NCBI GenBank assembly: GCA_038849525.1
Contig: JAWCMS010000001.1
Span: 206,584-270,583, forward strand
Reading direction: 5' to 3'
Length of the DNA stretch: 64,000 bases
Origin: Candidatus Pacearchaeota archaeon
Lineage (GTDB): Archaea > Nanobdellota > Nanobdellia > Pacearchaeales > JAHJTO01
The translations under genes and the position numbers were made by a program. This document shows positions 8,530 through 19,776 of the stretch, in pieces. Under the pieces are notes generated by a model. That model ran no database searches and was not told the origin of the DNA. It worked only from the letters and a program-made list of their open reading frames with translations. The stretch's first letter is position 1; every line of letters starts with the position of its first letter.

Positions 8530-9258
8530 TTATTCTTTTTTAACTTCTATTTTTCCGCCCATCATTTTAATTTTTCCTGTTATTATTTCTATTGCAGATT
8601 TTAATTTTTTTTCAGCATCTTTTGGATCATTGCTTTCTGCAACTATCGAATAGTATGGTGCGCCAATATAACTTATTTTAACATTTTTTGCTGAAAGCAA
8701 AGCATCTTTTATTATCGATATACCATTACTTGCATTACTTGAAATAGAGATAATTGCCTTTTGAGAATATACCTTTTCTTTCATCTTTTCTTTAAGTAAA
8801 TCAAGAATTTTTTCTGCTTCCTCTTGTGATACAAATTCATTTATCAGAGAATTATTTTCTCTTACTTTCTCTAAGAATTTATTTAATGAGGAATACTTTC
8901 TTTTTATTTTTTCAGCTATCTGCAAGGCTTTTTCTTTTAAAACAATCTTTAATATTAAAAAAGAATCTTTTTCTTTTTTATATTCTTCTAGAACTTTATG
9001 AGCTTCTTTTTGAGATACTCTTCTTAACGATAGGTCAATATTACCTTTTTCTTTGTTAACTCTTAGAACCTTACATACTATTTTTTTATTGATTGTTACA
9101 TAATCTCTTATATTCCTAATTCTTCCAGGGGCTATTTCCGATGTGGCTATAACTCCTTCTTTATTATAGTTTTCTATATTAACAAATACTGTAGTACCCA
9201 TTATTCTTGTTACGGTACATAATAATAATTCACCTTCTTCAGGAAACTTTTCATCCAT
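8530..9258 (-). CDS. eif2a: Translation initiation factor 2 alpha subunit (aIF2alpha)
   Basis: N-terminal S1 domain (GELLLCTVTRI...NIRDYVTINKKIVCKVLRVNKEKGNIDLSLRRV) and a typical aIF2alpha length. Confidence 0.9.
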   Translation of the reverse strand: MDEKFPEEGELLLCTVTRIMGTTVFVNIENYNKEGVIATSEIAPGRIRNIRDYVTINKKIVCKVLRVNKEKGNIDLSLRRVSQKEAHKVLEEYKKEKDSFLILKIVLKEKALQIAEKIKRKYSSLNKFLEKVRENNSLINEFVSQEEAEKILDLLKEKMKEKVYSQKAIISISSNASNGISIIKDALLSAKNVKISYIGAPYYSIVAESNDPKDAEKKLKSAIEIITGKIKMMGGKIEVKKE

Positions 9259-9294
9259 GTTTTTAAGAAAAAAATTAGCTTTTTAATACTTTGC

Positions 9295-10623
9295 TTATAT
9301 TTTTATTTGAAGCTGTAACACTCTTAATTCTTTTTGTAATAATTCAAGAAATGTTTTCTCTTTGTTTAAAGGGATAAAACAACCTGCAGCGTTTTTATGC
9401 CCCCCACTTTCACCACCAACCAATTTTGTAGGGGTTTCAAGTAATTTTTTTAGATTTAAATTTTCTTTACACCCTACTATCCTTGCAGAAACTTTTATTC
9501 TTTTATCTTCTGTCATAGCCATTCCTATTAATATGGTTCCTTCTGGATAGATAAAAGAGGAAGCAAGTATTGAAATTAATGTTCCGATTATTGAATCTTT
9601 TATTTGAGAACCAGCATTTATTATAATATATCCATCACCTTCTATTTTATCATTTGTACTAATCCAGTTTAATCCAGAAATTAATTGATACTTATAAGAT
9701 GAATAAATTGCATCAGCAGCAGATTTTGCTTTTTTGCTGCCCATACATAATGCAAGAGCAATATCTGCATGTCCTAATCTTCCACAAGCATTTATTAATG
9801 TACTTAATTCTCTGGCATCCTCTAATTGGTTAAAAAATTTTATTAAATATATATTTCCAATAATGCGATTTGTATCTCTTCTTTTTAACGTAATTAGGGT
9901 TAATAATCGTGAAAACTCTTCTTCTGTTAAATCTAATATCGTTTTATATTTTGTACCTTCTTTTATTTTTATTCCGGATTCTCTTATAAGATTTAATGCT
10001 CCAATTGATGATCCTGTAACCCCTGGTATATATATATTTGAAAATTCCAATGCTTTATTTAAAGGACGTGTCGAAGGAAAAAGAAGAAGACCTTTTTTAA
10101 TTATCAAATCTTTTGCATCTTGTATTATCGAATTTCCTATTTTACCAAGATTTTGATCTGCAAAATCACCTATCATTCCAAGAATCGCTAAATTTGCCAA
10201 GTCAGTATTTCTATTATCTAATTCTTTTACGAAAAGATAAGCAAGTGCAGAAGCAGAAGATTCTTCTTCACCTGTTTTATGTGGATTAATAAAAGAAATA
10301 TTTTCAGGCACATCTATATTTTCAATTTCATGATGGTCTAAAATAAAAATATTTCCTTTAAATTTGCTTAATTCATGTAAATGCGAAGAACCTACATCAA
10401 TTAAAAAAAGAAGAGGATTTTCTTCATTTTTTAACATTTCAAAATTTTTTCTTTCAAGTTGGTTAATTGATGTAATCTTAAATTGTCTATCCATTCTTTT
10501 TAAAGCTATAGAAAGAATTGCTCCAGCAGTTATACCATCTGTATCAAAATGAGTAATTATCCTAACAGTACCATCAAGCTTTCTAAATCTATCTACAGCC
10601 TTTTTTAATTCGTCTAGTAGCAT
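9295..10623 (-). CDS. DHH/DHHA1 phosphoesterase, archaeal RecJ/GAN (Cdc45-like) nuclease
   Basis: DHH motif (ITHFDTDGITAGAIL; ILDHH) and DHHA1 motif (GGESGGHKNAAG) at the C-terminus. Confidence 0.8.
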   Translation of the reverse strand: MLLDELKKAVDRFRKLDGTVRIITHFDTDGITAGAILSIALKRMDRQFKITSINQLERKNFEMLKNEENPLLFLIDVGSSHLHELSKFKGNIFILDHHEIENIDVPENISFINPHKTGEEESSASALAYLFVKELDNRNTDLANLAILGMIGDFADQNLGKIGNSIIQDAKDLIIKKGLLLFPSTRPLNKALEFSNIYIPGVTGSSIGALNLIRESGIKIKEGTKYKTILDLTEEEFSRLLTLITLKRRDTNRIIGNIYLIKFFNQLEDARELSTLINACGRLGHADIALALCMGSKKAKSAADAIYSSYKYQLISGLNWISTNDKIEGDGYIIINAGSQIKDSIIGTLISILASSFIYPEGTILIGMAMTEDKRIKVSARIVGCKENLNLKKLLETPTKLVGGESGGHKNAAGCFIPLNKEKTFLELLQKELRVLQLQIKI

Positions 10624-10633
10624 TTTAAATTAA

Positions 10634-11023
10634 TCAATACTGCCAATCTTTTGAGAGAATACCTTTTCTTTTATAATACGCTGCAAGTTTTCTAATCTTG
10701 GCTTCTGTTATAAGTAATCCCCTTCCTGCTATTTTATCCTGTTTGTTTATTGAAATATGTTTTTTTAATATTTCAGCTTTTTTCATTAAGTTTTGTAAAT
10801 CTTCCGGAATCGATAATTTTATTTTATTTTCTTTAAGAATCGTCTTAATTTTTTTTCCTGTTGTCATTTTAACAGAAGGTATTCCATAAGTGTCTTTTAA
10901 TACCTGTCCAATTTTTGTTGGAGGCATTCCTTGTTGAGCAAGTTTTATAATTATTTCATTAATTTCTTTCTTATTTAATTTTACATTTTCTATTTTTTCT
11001 TTAGTAATTTTTTTATTCACCAT
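10634..11023 (-). CDS. rps15: 30S ribosomal protein S15 (uS15/S13e)
   Basis: C-terminal KQDKIAGRGLLITEAKIRKLAAYYKRKGILSKDWQY matches the uS15 helix region. Confidence 0.85.
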   Translation of the reverse strand: MVNKKITKEKIENVKLNKKEINEIIIKLAQQGMPPTKIGQVLKDTYGIPSVKMTTGKKIKTILKENKIKLSIPEDLQNLMKKAEILKKHISINKQDKIAGRGLLITEAKIRKLAAYYKRKGILSKDWQY

Positions 11024-11080
11024 TTTTGCAAGGAACGATTAACACATATCAATTTATAAATTTTTCTTATAAAAATAATC

Positions 11081-12748
11081 CTATTTAAAACATATATTCT
11101 TGCTACTATTGTCTAATTCAAGCATTATTTTCCATTTAGAGTTATTTTTGATGGCATTGCATTGTTTAAGGAAAAACGATTCTTGTATGAGCGAATAATT
11201 TGAAACTGAAGACTGGCCTGTATGATATACAAATAATAATTTTCTATTATATTTTTTAGATATGTCTTTTAATAGATTTATCTGATCTAGAGTATTAAGA
11301 GGTTCTATATAAAAAACGCCTTGATTTTTATTGCCATATAATGCTTGATAACGATACATCCCCCATTCAGTGATTACATAAAAATAATTTTCTGCTAAGT
11401 ATGGATCATATAACAATTTATTTATGTTTAAATCGACTAAGTCTTTAGCCATTTGTCTTTTAGGGGGGTTATCATGATCTATAAGATGCTGATTTTGAAA
11501 TGAAAAAAAGAAATAACAGTTTACTATCATAAACAAAATTAGCCAAATAGCCATAATTTTGTTAAAATTAATCTTGAAAAAAATAATATCTGTTTCTTTA
11601 AAGGTTTTAACAGCTGTTAAAAAACTTAGAATAAGAAATGGATAAGCCATTACAGCGTGATGCTCCCAAGCAGCTTTTGTCCATATAATGATAATTACAG
11701 TAAAAATAAACAAGGCAAAAAAGATTATTGATTTTAATATCTGTGTTTTAGATTTTTTCTTTAATACTAAAATTAACCATAATAAAGGGATTGATAAATA
11801 GATAAATATATCATAAACATAAACAAAATAAGAAGGAGATTCAACCATATAAATCTCTTTGGTTGATAAGAAAGGATTTATTAGCGCTTGAAATACCGGC
11901 GAATTTATAATATAATTCTTTACATCAAGCATTTCATTAATCGAATAAACTTTAGAATTATCGCTAGATATGAGGGTATAAAGATATGGTTTATTGTTTA
12001 AGTCAAATGATAAGAATAACAAACTTAATAATCCAAGCAATAAAATTAAAGCATAAAATAATTGAATAACTATTTTTTTTAAATTATTTTTTTTGATTAT
12101 TCTCTTTTTATTTTCAATACATTGTGTAATGAAAAGGATTATCAATGATGGTATAAACCATACAAAAGTCAAATTTGTCCATATTCCTAAAAATATAACA
12201 ACAGAAGCAAGTAAAAGATATGTTATTTTAAATTTTTCATTCCATTTTATAAATAAATAAACAATTAAAAATACTGCAGTTATCTGAAATCCGGCAAGCC
12301 CTGGATCAACAATATGTTTAAAAAAATAAGGAAAAAATAAAATAAGACCTGAAAAAATATATCTTGTTTTAATTTTGAATATAGTGCTTAGAATTAATGA
12401 TTGAATAACCAAAAATATTATTCCTAAAAATCTTGCAGAAACAGGACTTTTCCATATCAAAAATAAAGGCAAGTAGTATAACGATGGAAGACTACCCATA
12501 TAAAAATATGTTCTTAAAGGTAACATTAGCCCGGTGTTTAAAAAATTAAGAAAATAAGCAGTACATCCTTCATTGAATATGTTTAAGTAATTATACTTAT
12601 ATGCATAGCAAGTAATTAAATGATACGCAGCAAATTCATCCATGTTATAAGGGACAAAAATAGAAAAAATTATTACTAAAATTAAACCTAAAAATAATAA
12701 TAGCAATATTTCAAAATATTTGTTTTTATAAACTTCACTTAAATTCAT
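11081..12748 (-). CDS. GT-C fold membrane glycosyltransferase, ArnT/PMT_2-like (paralog 1)
   Basis: Protein with at least 12 TM helices and an acidic motif in the first loop (YNMDEFAAYHL, like DE..RY of ArnT/PMT). It has a C-terminal soluble domain and lies in the glycosylation island. Confidence 0.55.
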   Translation of the reverse strand: MNLSEVYKNKYFEILLLLFLGLILVIIFSIFVPYNMDEFAAYHLITCYAYKYNYLNIFNEGCTAYFLNFLNTGLMLPLRTYFYMGSLPSLYYLPLFLIWKSPVSARFLGIIFLVIQSLILSTIFKIKTRYIFSGLILFFPYFFKHIVDPGLAGFQITAVFLIVYLFIKWNEKFKITYLLLASVVIFLGIWTNLTFVWFIPSLIILFITQCIENKKRIIKKNNLKKIVIQLFYALILLLGLLSLLFLSFDLNNKPYLYTLISSDNSKVYSINEMLDVKNYIINSPVFQALINPFLSTKEIYMVESPSYFVYVYDIFIYLSIPLLWLILVLKKKSKTQILKSIIFFALFIFTVIIIIWTKAAWEHHAVMAYPFLILSFLTAVKTFKETDIIFFKINFNKIMAIWLILFMIVNCYFFFSFQNQHLIDHDNPPKRQMAKDLVDLNINKLLYDPYLAENYFYVITEWGMYRYQALYGNKNQGVFYIEPLNTLDQINLLKDISKKYNRKLLFVYHTGQSSVSNYSLIQESFFLKQCNAIKNNSKWKIMLELDNSSKNICFK

Positions 12749-12758
12749 GCTATTTTCA

Positions 12759-12857
12759 TAGCCCTACTCGGATTCGAACCGAGGTCCCAACCTTTCTTCT
12801 TTAGAACGCTTTCGCGTATCCAAAGGGTTGTATCCTTGACCGCTGGACGATAGGGCT
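12759..12857 (-). tRNA. tRNA-Gln: tRNA-Gln(TTG) with about 25-nt intron at 37/38
   Basis: Manual fold: acceptor AGCCCTA/TAGGGCT, D-stem GTCC/GGAT, anticodon stem CAACC/GGTTG with loop CTTTGGA (anticodon TTG) interrupted after the loop by ACGCGAAAGCG..., T-arm CTCGG-TTCGAAT-CCGAG. Confidence 0.7.
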
Positions 12858-12875
12858 ATGATTCTTTATTTGTTT

Positions 12876-13631
12876 TTAAGATTTATAAACTAAACTGCTT
12901 TTTCTTTTATTATATTCTAATATGTGATTAAAAACAACATTTAATATTCCTAAACCATATTTAAATGATTCGAGAAAAGAGATTTTATGGGATTCAGGTC
13001 CATAGTATGTTGGGATAGTGATTTCTTTTATTAACTTCTTTTTTAATATAATTTGAGATACAATTTGTTGGTCAAATACATAACTATCTGAATTTTTATT
13101 AAAATCTATTTCTTTTAAAATATGGCAATCATATGCTCTAAATCCTGAATGATACTCTGAAAGATTTAATCCAAAAGCAATATTTTCAATAAAAGTTAAT
13201 AATCTATTGAAGATATACCTCCATAAAGGCATCCCATTCTTAAGAGGGTTTCCTTTTATTCTTGAACCTAAAACCATTGAAGCATGTTTTTTTTCAATTA
13301 ATTCAGAGAGTTTGTCGACCATTTGGGCAGGATACTGGTCATCTCCGTGAAGCATAATCACTATATCAAATCCATTTTTTATACAGTAGTTATAAGCTTT
13401 CTTCTGATTTCCTCCGTAACCAAGATTTTTTTTATTTTTTATGACTTTAATTTTCGAGATATTATTTTTTATTTTATATTTAATGGCATTTTCATAAGTT
13501 TTATCATTACTGGCATCGTCAATTACTAATATTTCATGAACTTTTTTAAAAAAATGTTTTGGAATTTTATCAAGAACTTTTTGTATTGTCCTCTCAGCAT
13601 AATAACATGGAATAAAAAGGCATATCTTCAT
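12876..13631 (-). CDS. GT2 family glycosyltransferase (dolichol-phosphate sugar synthase-like)
   Basis: CLFIPCYYAE...ILVIDDASNDKT...GYGGNQKKAY fits the GT-A DxD architecture of DPM/DPG synthase-like enzymes. Confidence 0.75.
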   Translation of the reverse strand: MKICLFIPCYYAERTIQKVLDKIPKHFFKKVHEILVIDDASNDKTYENAIKYKIKNNISKIKVIKNKKNLGYGGNQKKAYNYCIKNGFDIVIMLHGDDQYPAQMVDKLSELIEKKHASMVLGSRIKGNPLKNGMPLWRYIFNRLLTFIENIAFGLNLSEYHSGFRAYDCHILKEIDFNKNSDSYVFDQQIVSQIILKKKLIKEITIPTYYGPESHKISFLESFKYGLGILNVVFNHILEYNKRKSSLVYKS

Positions 13632-13663
13632 TTTGTTTAAAGTTAAGATACCTATAAAAAGTT

Positions 13664-15313
13664 TTATACGCTAATTAAATCATTTCTTAGATAAACATAT
13701 GCATACCAAGGTAGTACTGTTCTTGTACCCCCATCAAAACTTTTTGAAAGGCTCATATTTGGAATATTGCTCATAGTTTTATAATAGTCAGGAATGACTA
13801 CTGCTGCTTCTGCTTGGCTTAGCTTTGTTGAGTTTATATACATTTTAGGCAATTCATAATTATATGTCCAATCTCTTATAAAATTACTTTCATCGCCAAG
13901 ATTTCCACCATAAACTATATCTTTATAACAATAAAGGTCAAATATAACTACCAAGGGCTCTGGATTATATTTTTGTCCAAGAAATATAGGATTGGCTTCA
14001 GTTTCTTCAGCAGTAAAAGAAGAAGTATAAACTGCAACTGTTTTAACATTGTCTAATTTATTTAAATATTGTGCAGCTTTTAGAAGATTGCTATCTCCTG
14101 CATTTTTTATTAAAGGAACAAACCCAAATAATGAGATGATAAGTCCAGAAAATAATATTAGAAGAACAGTATATTTTGCAAGATTTTTTTTATTTTTGAA
14201 TATTTTAAATATCATAAATCCTGAAATAATAGCAATAGCAGGTGTAGCGGGAATATAATACCTAAACATCGTATCATGATATGCAACTAAAAAAATTGGC
14301 AGAGCTGGAATTAAAATCCAAGAATATAAAATTAAACATTCTTTTTTCTTTATAAAAAATATGCCTGGAAGTATCAGTAGAAATACAGGGCCTATTTGAA
14401 AAATAATTGCAAGTAGACCTTTTCCAGAGGCAGCAGCATTAAAACTACCTGCATATAATGCATATCTTCCAATATCAATTATTTTTTGTAAATTAAAAAG
14501 AATAATCATAATAACTATTGTTATTAGTAAAATTATTGCTATCAATAACTTTTTGTTCTTAATTCTAAATAAGGTCATGATTAGTAATGGTGGAACAAAA
14601 AACATTGCAGTATGCATTTTTGTTAGTACCGATAAAATCGCTAAAATTGTCAAAAGTAGAAACCAATGAACTTTTTTTTTCTCAAATGCAATTATACTTA
14701 TATAAAGTGATAATGTAACAAAGAAACATGCTGGGATATCTACAAGTGCAAGTCCTATCCAAGCTATTACACCATGCATGCTAGTGAAAATTAATGCTGC
14801 ATAGGTTCCAACAACTTTATTAAATAGCTTTTTTGCTATCAAAAAAGTAAGAAACACAATTGATGAGTAAAGAAGTGAATTAAATGCTTCTATAATAATA
14901 AGAGATTCTCCAAATATAGTATATAGTATTTTATAAATTATCGGAATTAAAGGCATATCCGTTCCTCTATTCCCTACATTTACATTTAAATCTTTTGCGT
15001 GAGTGAGATATCTAGCAGAGTCTGGATCTATCTGAGGACTATTCCAAAAAAAAGTTGTAATCAAAAATGAAAATAAAAAAATCACAATCATTAATTTTTT
15101 TTCGTTGATCTTTTCAATATTAATTTTTTTTGAAATTAAATATGCACAAATTGCAAGAGGTATTAGAATAATGATAAATTTTACAAAACTTAATTTAATT
15201 ATGTTTAAACTAAACAAGATAGTTATATCCAAATTTGAAAATTTGAAAAGTAGAAAATAAGCTACAACTAAAATAATAGATATCAATGTATAATACAATA
15301 TTTCTTTTTTCAT
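13664..15313 (-). CDS. GT-C fold membrane glycosyltransferase, ArnT/PMT_2-like (paralog 2)
   Basis: Many TM helices. The first-loop motif IDPDSARYLTHA resembles the DExRY(A) signature of ArnT/PMT_2. A C-terminal soluble domain is present. Confidence 0.6.
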   Translation of the reverse strand: MKKEILYYTLISIILVVAYFLLFKFSNLDITILFSLNIIKLSFVKFIIILIPLAICAYLISKKINIEKINEKKLMIVIFLFSFLITTFFWNSPQIDPDSARYLTHAKDLNVNVGNRGTDMPLIPIIYKILYTIFGESLIIIEAFNSLLYSSIVFLTFLIAKKLFNKVVGTYAALIFTSMHGVIAWIGLALVDIPACFFVTLSLYISIIAFEKKKVHWFLLLTILAILSVLTKMHTAMFFVPPLLIMTLFRIKNKKLLIAIILLITIVIMIILFNLQKIIDIGRYALYAGSFNAAASGKGLLAIIFQIGPVFLLILPGIFFIKKKECLILYSWILIPALPIFLVAYHDTMFRYYIPATPAIAIISGFMIFKIFKNKKNLAKYTVLLILFSGLIISLFGFVPLIKNAGDSNLLKAAQYLNKLDNVKTVAVYTSSFTAEETEANPIFLGQKYNPEPLVVIFDLYCYKDIVYGGNLGDESNFIRDWTYNYELPKMYINSTKLSQAEAAVVIPDYYKTMSNIPNMSLSKSFDGGTRTVLPWYAYVYLRNDLISV

Positions 15314-15356
15314 ATTGATTCTTATAGCATATAAATAAAAATACTTTTAAATTTTT

Positions 15357-16832
15357 TTATAAAAGTTCTATAATAAGAGCAATTATATCTATTATATACA
15401 GTATTATTAATATTATTAATATAAAATAAAGAATAAATGTGAATATTTTATTATCTATCTTTTTCTCAATTTTTTCAAACCCTTTAGTAAATAGTGCAAG
15501 AAATGCAAGCATACCTGGTAATATATATTCTATTCTCATACATCCAAAATCCCTATATATTGCAGTGAAATAAATTATAAATATAATATAAAAGAGAACT
15601 ATTATTAAAAATAATTCTGAGTTATTTGTATCAAGAGAATTATTTCTTATTTTTCTGATGTAATCTATAATAGCAGAGATAAATCCAAATATAAATATAA
15701 ATAACGGGATTAATGCTAAAATAAAAATTGTTCTACTTATGTTTAGTATCCATGGTTTAAAAGTTTCCCATGAATGTGGCCAACTTGCAAATTGTATCAC
15801 ATTCAATCTTCCATAAAGCTGAGTCCATAGCGATGTTCTATGTAGTTGCATAGGTAGACGATGATGCGTTATTTTTGGTTCTTTTATTAATTCAAATATT
15901 CTAAAAGTAAAATAAGAATCTATAATTGAGGTTACACCGGCTCGGTAATGCAGAATATAAAAACTTTTTGTAGGACCACTATCATTTTTATCAGGGTTTA
16001 GATATGAAAATACTTGGGGGTTTATGATTATTTTATAAGCTGAAGAATAATCTATTTCTTTTGGTAGAGGGTAGGGGGGCATATTCGTTACAAATGCATT
16101 TTTATAATGCTTGAAAGAATAATAATATTCTCCTAAAAATGGAACAGTAATAAAGATAAGAATAACAAAGAAAATTAAGAATTTTATTAAAGATCTGCGA
16201 TATTTTCTATTATGGAGGGTAATTATTTTTATAAAAAATATTACAATAAAACTTAAAAACAAAGGTACAGCGGTTCCTTTTGTTATAATCGCTAATATAA
16301 GTGATACCGTCGCAGGTATAAAATGTTTTATTTTTAAAGAAATTATGAATAAATAAAAGAAATATGTTGCAATACAAGAAAATAATATTGCTAAAGAATC
16401 ATTTGTTGCTTGTATATTAACAGCTATAAGCCCAGGATTAAAGGCGGTTAAAGCAAGAATTATTAATTTTATTTTTTTATTTGAAGTAATTTTATTTAAA
16501 AATAAGTATACTATTAATATAGTTAACATCCCCGCAATTACATTAACCATCTGTGCAATAGTTATCATGTCTTTAGGATTGACTAAGAATAATTTAAATA
16601 TGGTTGCACATAGCAGATGGTAAAATTTTGGCTGAAAGCATTCCCAACAATCTGTTAGATGTGGGATTATGTTTTTATAAAGTATAATATATATAATTTG
16701 CATATGGTCGTCATTACTTTCTTGATTTAGAAATCCTAAAAATACTCTCAAAGTAAGAGCAATTAAGAAGATAATAATTATAAATACAGTGTAAAAATTT
16801 ATTTTATTTTTTTTGAGCATTTTATCTAACAA
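15357..16832 (-). CDS. GT-C fold membrane glycosyltransferase-like protein (paralog 3)
   Basis: Polytopic membrane protein with acidic first-loop residues (ESNDDHMQIIY) and a topology similar to the two neighbours. Confidence 0.5.
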   Translation of the reverse strand: MLDKMLKKNKINFYTVFIIIIFLIALTLRVFLGFLNQESNDDHMQIIYIILYKNIIPHLTDCWECFQPKFYHLLCATIFKLFLVNPKDMITIAQMVNVIAGMLTILIVYLFLNKITSNKKIKLIILALTAFNPGLIAVNIQATNDSLAILFSCIATYFFYLFIISLKIKHFIPATVSLILAIITKGTAVPLFLSFIVIFFIKIITLHNRKYRRSLIKFLIFFVILIFITVPFLGEYYYSFKHYKNAFVTNMPPYPLPKEIDYSSAYKIIINPQVFSYLNPDKNDSGPTKSFYILHYRAGVTSIIDSYFTFRIFELIKEPKITHHRLPMQLHRTSLWTQLYGRLNVIQFASWPHSWETFKPWILNISRTIFILALIPLFIFIFGFISAIIDYIRKIRNNSLDTNNSELFLIIVLFYIIFIIYFTAIYRDFGCMRIEYILPGMLAFLALFTKGFEKIEKKIDNKIFTFILYFILIILIILYIIDIIALIIELL

Positions 16833-16907
16833 GATATAATATACTTTTAAATATTTTTAAGAACCATTAAGTTAACTTTATATATTTGTTAAATAACAAA
16901 ATAAAAT

Positions 16908-17594
16908 ATGAATAATTTTAGATTTTACATACAATCTGAATCAACTAGTTTTTTTAGATATTGTATTGAACAATTTTTATTTTTTCTTTTTTCATGGATT
17001 CCAGGGTTTTTGGGAATTGGATTGAGAGGGTTGTTCTATAAAATAATTATAAAATCTGATGGCCTACCGAAAATAGAAGATAGGGTAAGAATAAGACATT
17101 CAAAAGGCCTTAAATTAGGGAAAAATGTTTATATTGGCGATGGAGTTTATTTACATGCGATGCCTAATGGCATTAAAATAGGCGATGAAACAATAATTCT
17201 GCATAATTCAGAATTACATGTTTTTAATTATAGGAATTTGAAAAATTCTAAAATTAATATTGGAAAAAATTGTTTTATTGGAGAATATTGTATAATGCGG
17301 GGACAAGGCGGTATAGAAATTGGGAATAATGTTCTAATTGCACCGCGAGTTTCGATTCTTGCGGTTAATCATGACTACAATGATCTAGAACAAAATTGGA
17401 GAGTTGGAAAAATAATTGGGAAAGGAATAATAATTAAAGATAATGCGTGGCTTGGGGCCGGTTCTATTATTCTTGATGGAGTAACAATTGGCAAAAATGC
17501 TGTTATTGGGGCCGGTTCTGTTGTAACAAAAGATGTACCAGATAATACATTAGTTGGGGGAATTCCTGCAAAGGTTATTAAAAAGTTAAGATGA
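16908..17594 (+). CDS. Left-handed beta-helix (hexapeptide repeat) sugar O-acetyltransferase, WcaF/WbbJ-like
   Basis: Tandem hexapeptide repeats ([19 protein letters not shown]...[31 protein letters not shown]) and an N-terminal hydrophobic segment. Confidence 0.8.
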   Translation: MNNFRFYIQSESTSFFRYCIEQFLFFLFSWIPGFLGIGLRGLFYKIIIKSDGLPKIEDRVRIRHSKGLKLGKNVYIGDGVYLHAMPNGIKIGDETIILHNSELHVFNYRNLKNSKINIGKNCFIGEYCIMRGQGGIEIGNNVLIAPRVSILAVNHDYNDLEQNWRVGKIIGKGIIIKDNAWLGAGSIILDGVTIGKNAVIGAGSVVTKDVPDNTLVGGIPAKVIKKLR

Positions 17595-18277
17595 AACATA
17601 TATATAATCAATTGAAAGAACTTACTATAATAATTCCAGTATACAATGAAGAAAGAGGAATTATAAATACTATCAATGAAATAAAAAAAGGATGCCCTAA
17701 TGCAAAAATTCTTGTAGTTAATGATGGTAGTACTGACAAAACTTCTATTATTCTTAAAAAAATCAAAAATATTAGTGTAGTAAATCATAAGACTAATAGA
17801 GGATATGGGGCCGCATTAAAAACAGGCATTATAAATGCTAAAACGAAATATATAGCATTTATTGATGCAGATGATACATATCCTCCAATTTACATTCCTG
17901 TCCTTTTGAATAAATTAATAAAACACAATCTTGATTGTGTGTGGGCCAATAGATTTGTAAGTGGAAACAGTATGCCATTGATACGAAAAATAGGAAATAA
18001 AATAATTATTCTGTTTTTTTTAATAATTACCGGAAAAAAAGTACAAGATGTTTCAAGTGGTGAAAGAGTATTCAAAAAAGATGCGTTTGATAAAATTGAT
18101 TTTATGTCTATTCCCAATGGATTGGATACAATAAGTGCATTAACAAAAAGAATAGTTTCACGAGGATTAAAATATAAAGAAGTTCCTATAGAATATCATA
18201 AAAGAGTAGGCAATTCAAAATTGAAGATATTTAGAGATGGTTATTTGATGATGAAGAATATTCTACTAGAAAAATAA
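17591..18277 (+). CDS. GT2 family glycosyltransferase (Dol-P-glucose/mannose synthase-like)
   Basis: [12 protein letters not shown]...[11 protein letters not shown]...[11 protein letters not shown]...[14 protein letters not shown] overlap with the upstream acetyltransferase. Confidence 0.8.
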   Translation: MKHIYNQLKELTIIIPVYNEERGIINTINEIKKGCPNAKILVVNDGSTDKTSIILKKIKNISVVNHKTNRGYGAALKTGIINAKTKYIAFIDADDTYPPIYIPVLLNKLIKHNLDCVWANRFVSGNSMPLIRKIGNKIIILFFLIITGKKVQDVSSGERVFKKDAFDKIDFMSIPNGLDTISALTKRIVSRGLKYKEVPIEYHKRVGNSKLKIFRDGYLMMKNILLEK

Positions 18278-19696
18278 TCATTTTTTGTTAGTCCATATTA
18301 TATGTTTTATCATGTTTTTAATAAAATATCTTATATTGTAAGGATTTATTGCATATTTTGCTAATTGTATTATAACTGATGGTCTTGCATACCATTGCAT
18401 ATAAGCCCATTTTGTAGCTTTTATAATTTCTTTAGCCGACATATGTGGATAGCTTATAGCAGTAGATTCATTCATATCAAATTCTTCCCAATTTTCATTA
18501 ATCAGCCATTTATTTTTTTTAGCTTGCCTATTAAATTCTGTTCCTGCATATGGAACTGCAATATGCCAAAGAGTTAGTTCCATCTTTAATTTTTTAGCTA
18601 TATTTACAGTTTCTTTAACTGTGTCCCATGTTTCGCCAGGAAGTCCTATAATAAAATATCCCCAAACTTTTATTCCTGCATTGTTTATTATTCTAACTGC
18701 ATTTTTTATTTGTTCTATAGTGATACCTTTTTTTACATTATTTAATATTTGTTGATTACAGCTTTCTATACCTAGTGCAATCATAAAACAACCAGCTTTT
18801 TTCATCCAATAAAGCATCTCTTCATTTAAAGTATCGACTCTACTATTACATGCCCACCGCACTTTTAATCCAGAATTAACAATTAGTTTACAAAGTTTTA
18901 TTACCATCTCTCTATTTTGAGTAAATAAATCAGATTGGAATAAAATATTATTAACCCCAAGATTATGTAAAACTTTTATTTCTTTTAAGATTCTCTCTGG
19001 AGATTTGTGTCTTACTGTTCCTTTCCACATTGATTTTTGTATACAGAATGTACATGAATTAGGACAACCTCTATTTGATAATAGCCAGACATATTTCTTG
19101 CCAATTATTGGCATTCTATATTTGTTAAGAGGTAATAATTTGTAAATTGGAATTGGTAGATCATCAAGATTTTTGATAAATGGCCTTTCAGGATTAATTT
19201 TTATTTTATTATTTTTTTTATATGCTATTCCCTTTATTTTAGCTACGCTTTTCTTTTTATCGAGAGTTTCTATCAGTTCTTTCAATGTCAGTTCTGGTTC
19301 ACCAATAATAATAAAATCGAGAGAAGGAAATTTTATTAAAGTATCTTTGATAACAGCATTACTATGAGTTCCTATCGAGATTGTTATTGCACCAAACTTT
19401 TTTGCTATCTTTACACCATACATATCATTTGTTAAAGTTGGTGCTGTTACATGTGTTATGTAATATTTTGGCTTGTTTTTTTTAAGATATTCTTCAAATT
19501 TGTCCCATTTTATATTTTCAGCAATACAATCAATAATACCTACTTTAAATTTAGGATAGACCATTGCAGCAAGTTGGGCAAGGCTTGTTTGTGGCCATAT
19601 CATATTTTCTCTGCTTTTCCTACCAACTCGACAGATGTCTCTAATATATATATCATCATTAGGGGATGGCGGATTAACAAATAAGATGTCTATCAT
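18278..19696 (-). CDS. B12-binding domain radical SAM protein (class B)
   Basis: N-terminal cobalamin-binding-like domain followed by a radical SAM CxxxCxxC motif (CPNSCTFC). Size about 470 aa. Confidence 0.8.
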   Translation of the reverse strand: MIDILFVNPPSPNDDIYIRDICRVGRKSRENMIWPQTSLAQLAAMVYPKFKVGIIDCIAENIKWDKFEEYLKKNKPKYYITHVTAPTLTNDMYGVKIAKKFGAITISIGTHSNAVIKDTLIKFPSLDFIIIGEPELTLKELIETLDKKKSVAKIKGIAYKKNNKIKINPERPFIKNLDDLPIPIYKLLPLNKYRMPIIGKKYVWLLSNRGCPNSCTFCIQKSMWKGTVRHKSPERILKEIKVLHNLGVNNILFQSDLFTQNREMVIKLCKLIVNSGLKVRWACNSRVDTLNEEMLYWMKKAGCFMIALGIESCNQQILNNVKKGITIEQIKNAVRIINNAGIKVWGYFIIGLPGETWDTVKETVNIAKKLKMELTLWHIAVPYAGTEFNRQAKKNKWLINENWEEFDMNESTAISYPHMSAKEIIKATKWAYMQWYARPSVIIQLAKYAINPYNIRYFIKNMIKHIIWTNKK

Positions 19697-19776
19697 TTTA
19701 CATAAATTTACATAATTCTATTTAAAAATTTGTTTTTTCGATAATATTATAAATAAAATTATTATTATAAATAAAA

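Noticed and set aside
17375-17788. 137-aa minus-strand ORF spanning the acetyltransferase/GT2 junction
   Set aside because: It overlaps two well-supported plus-strand genes.
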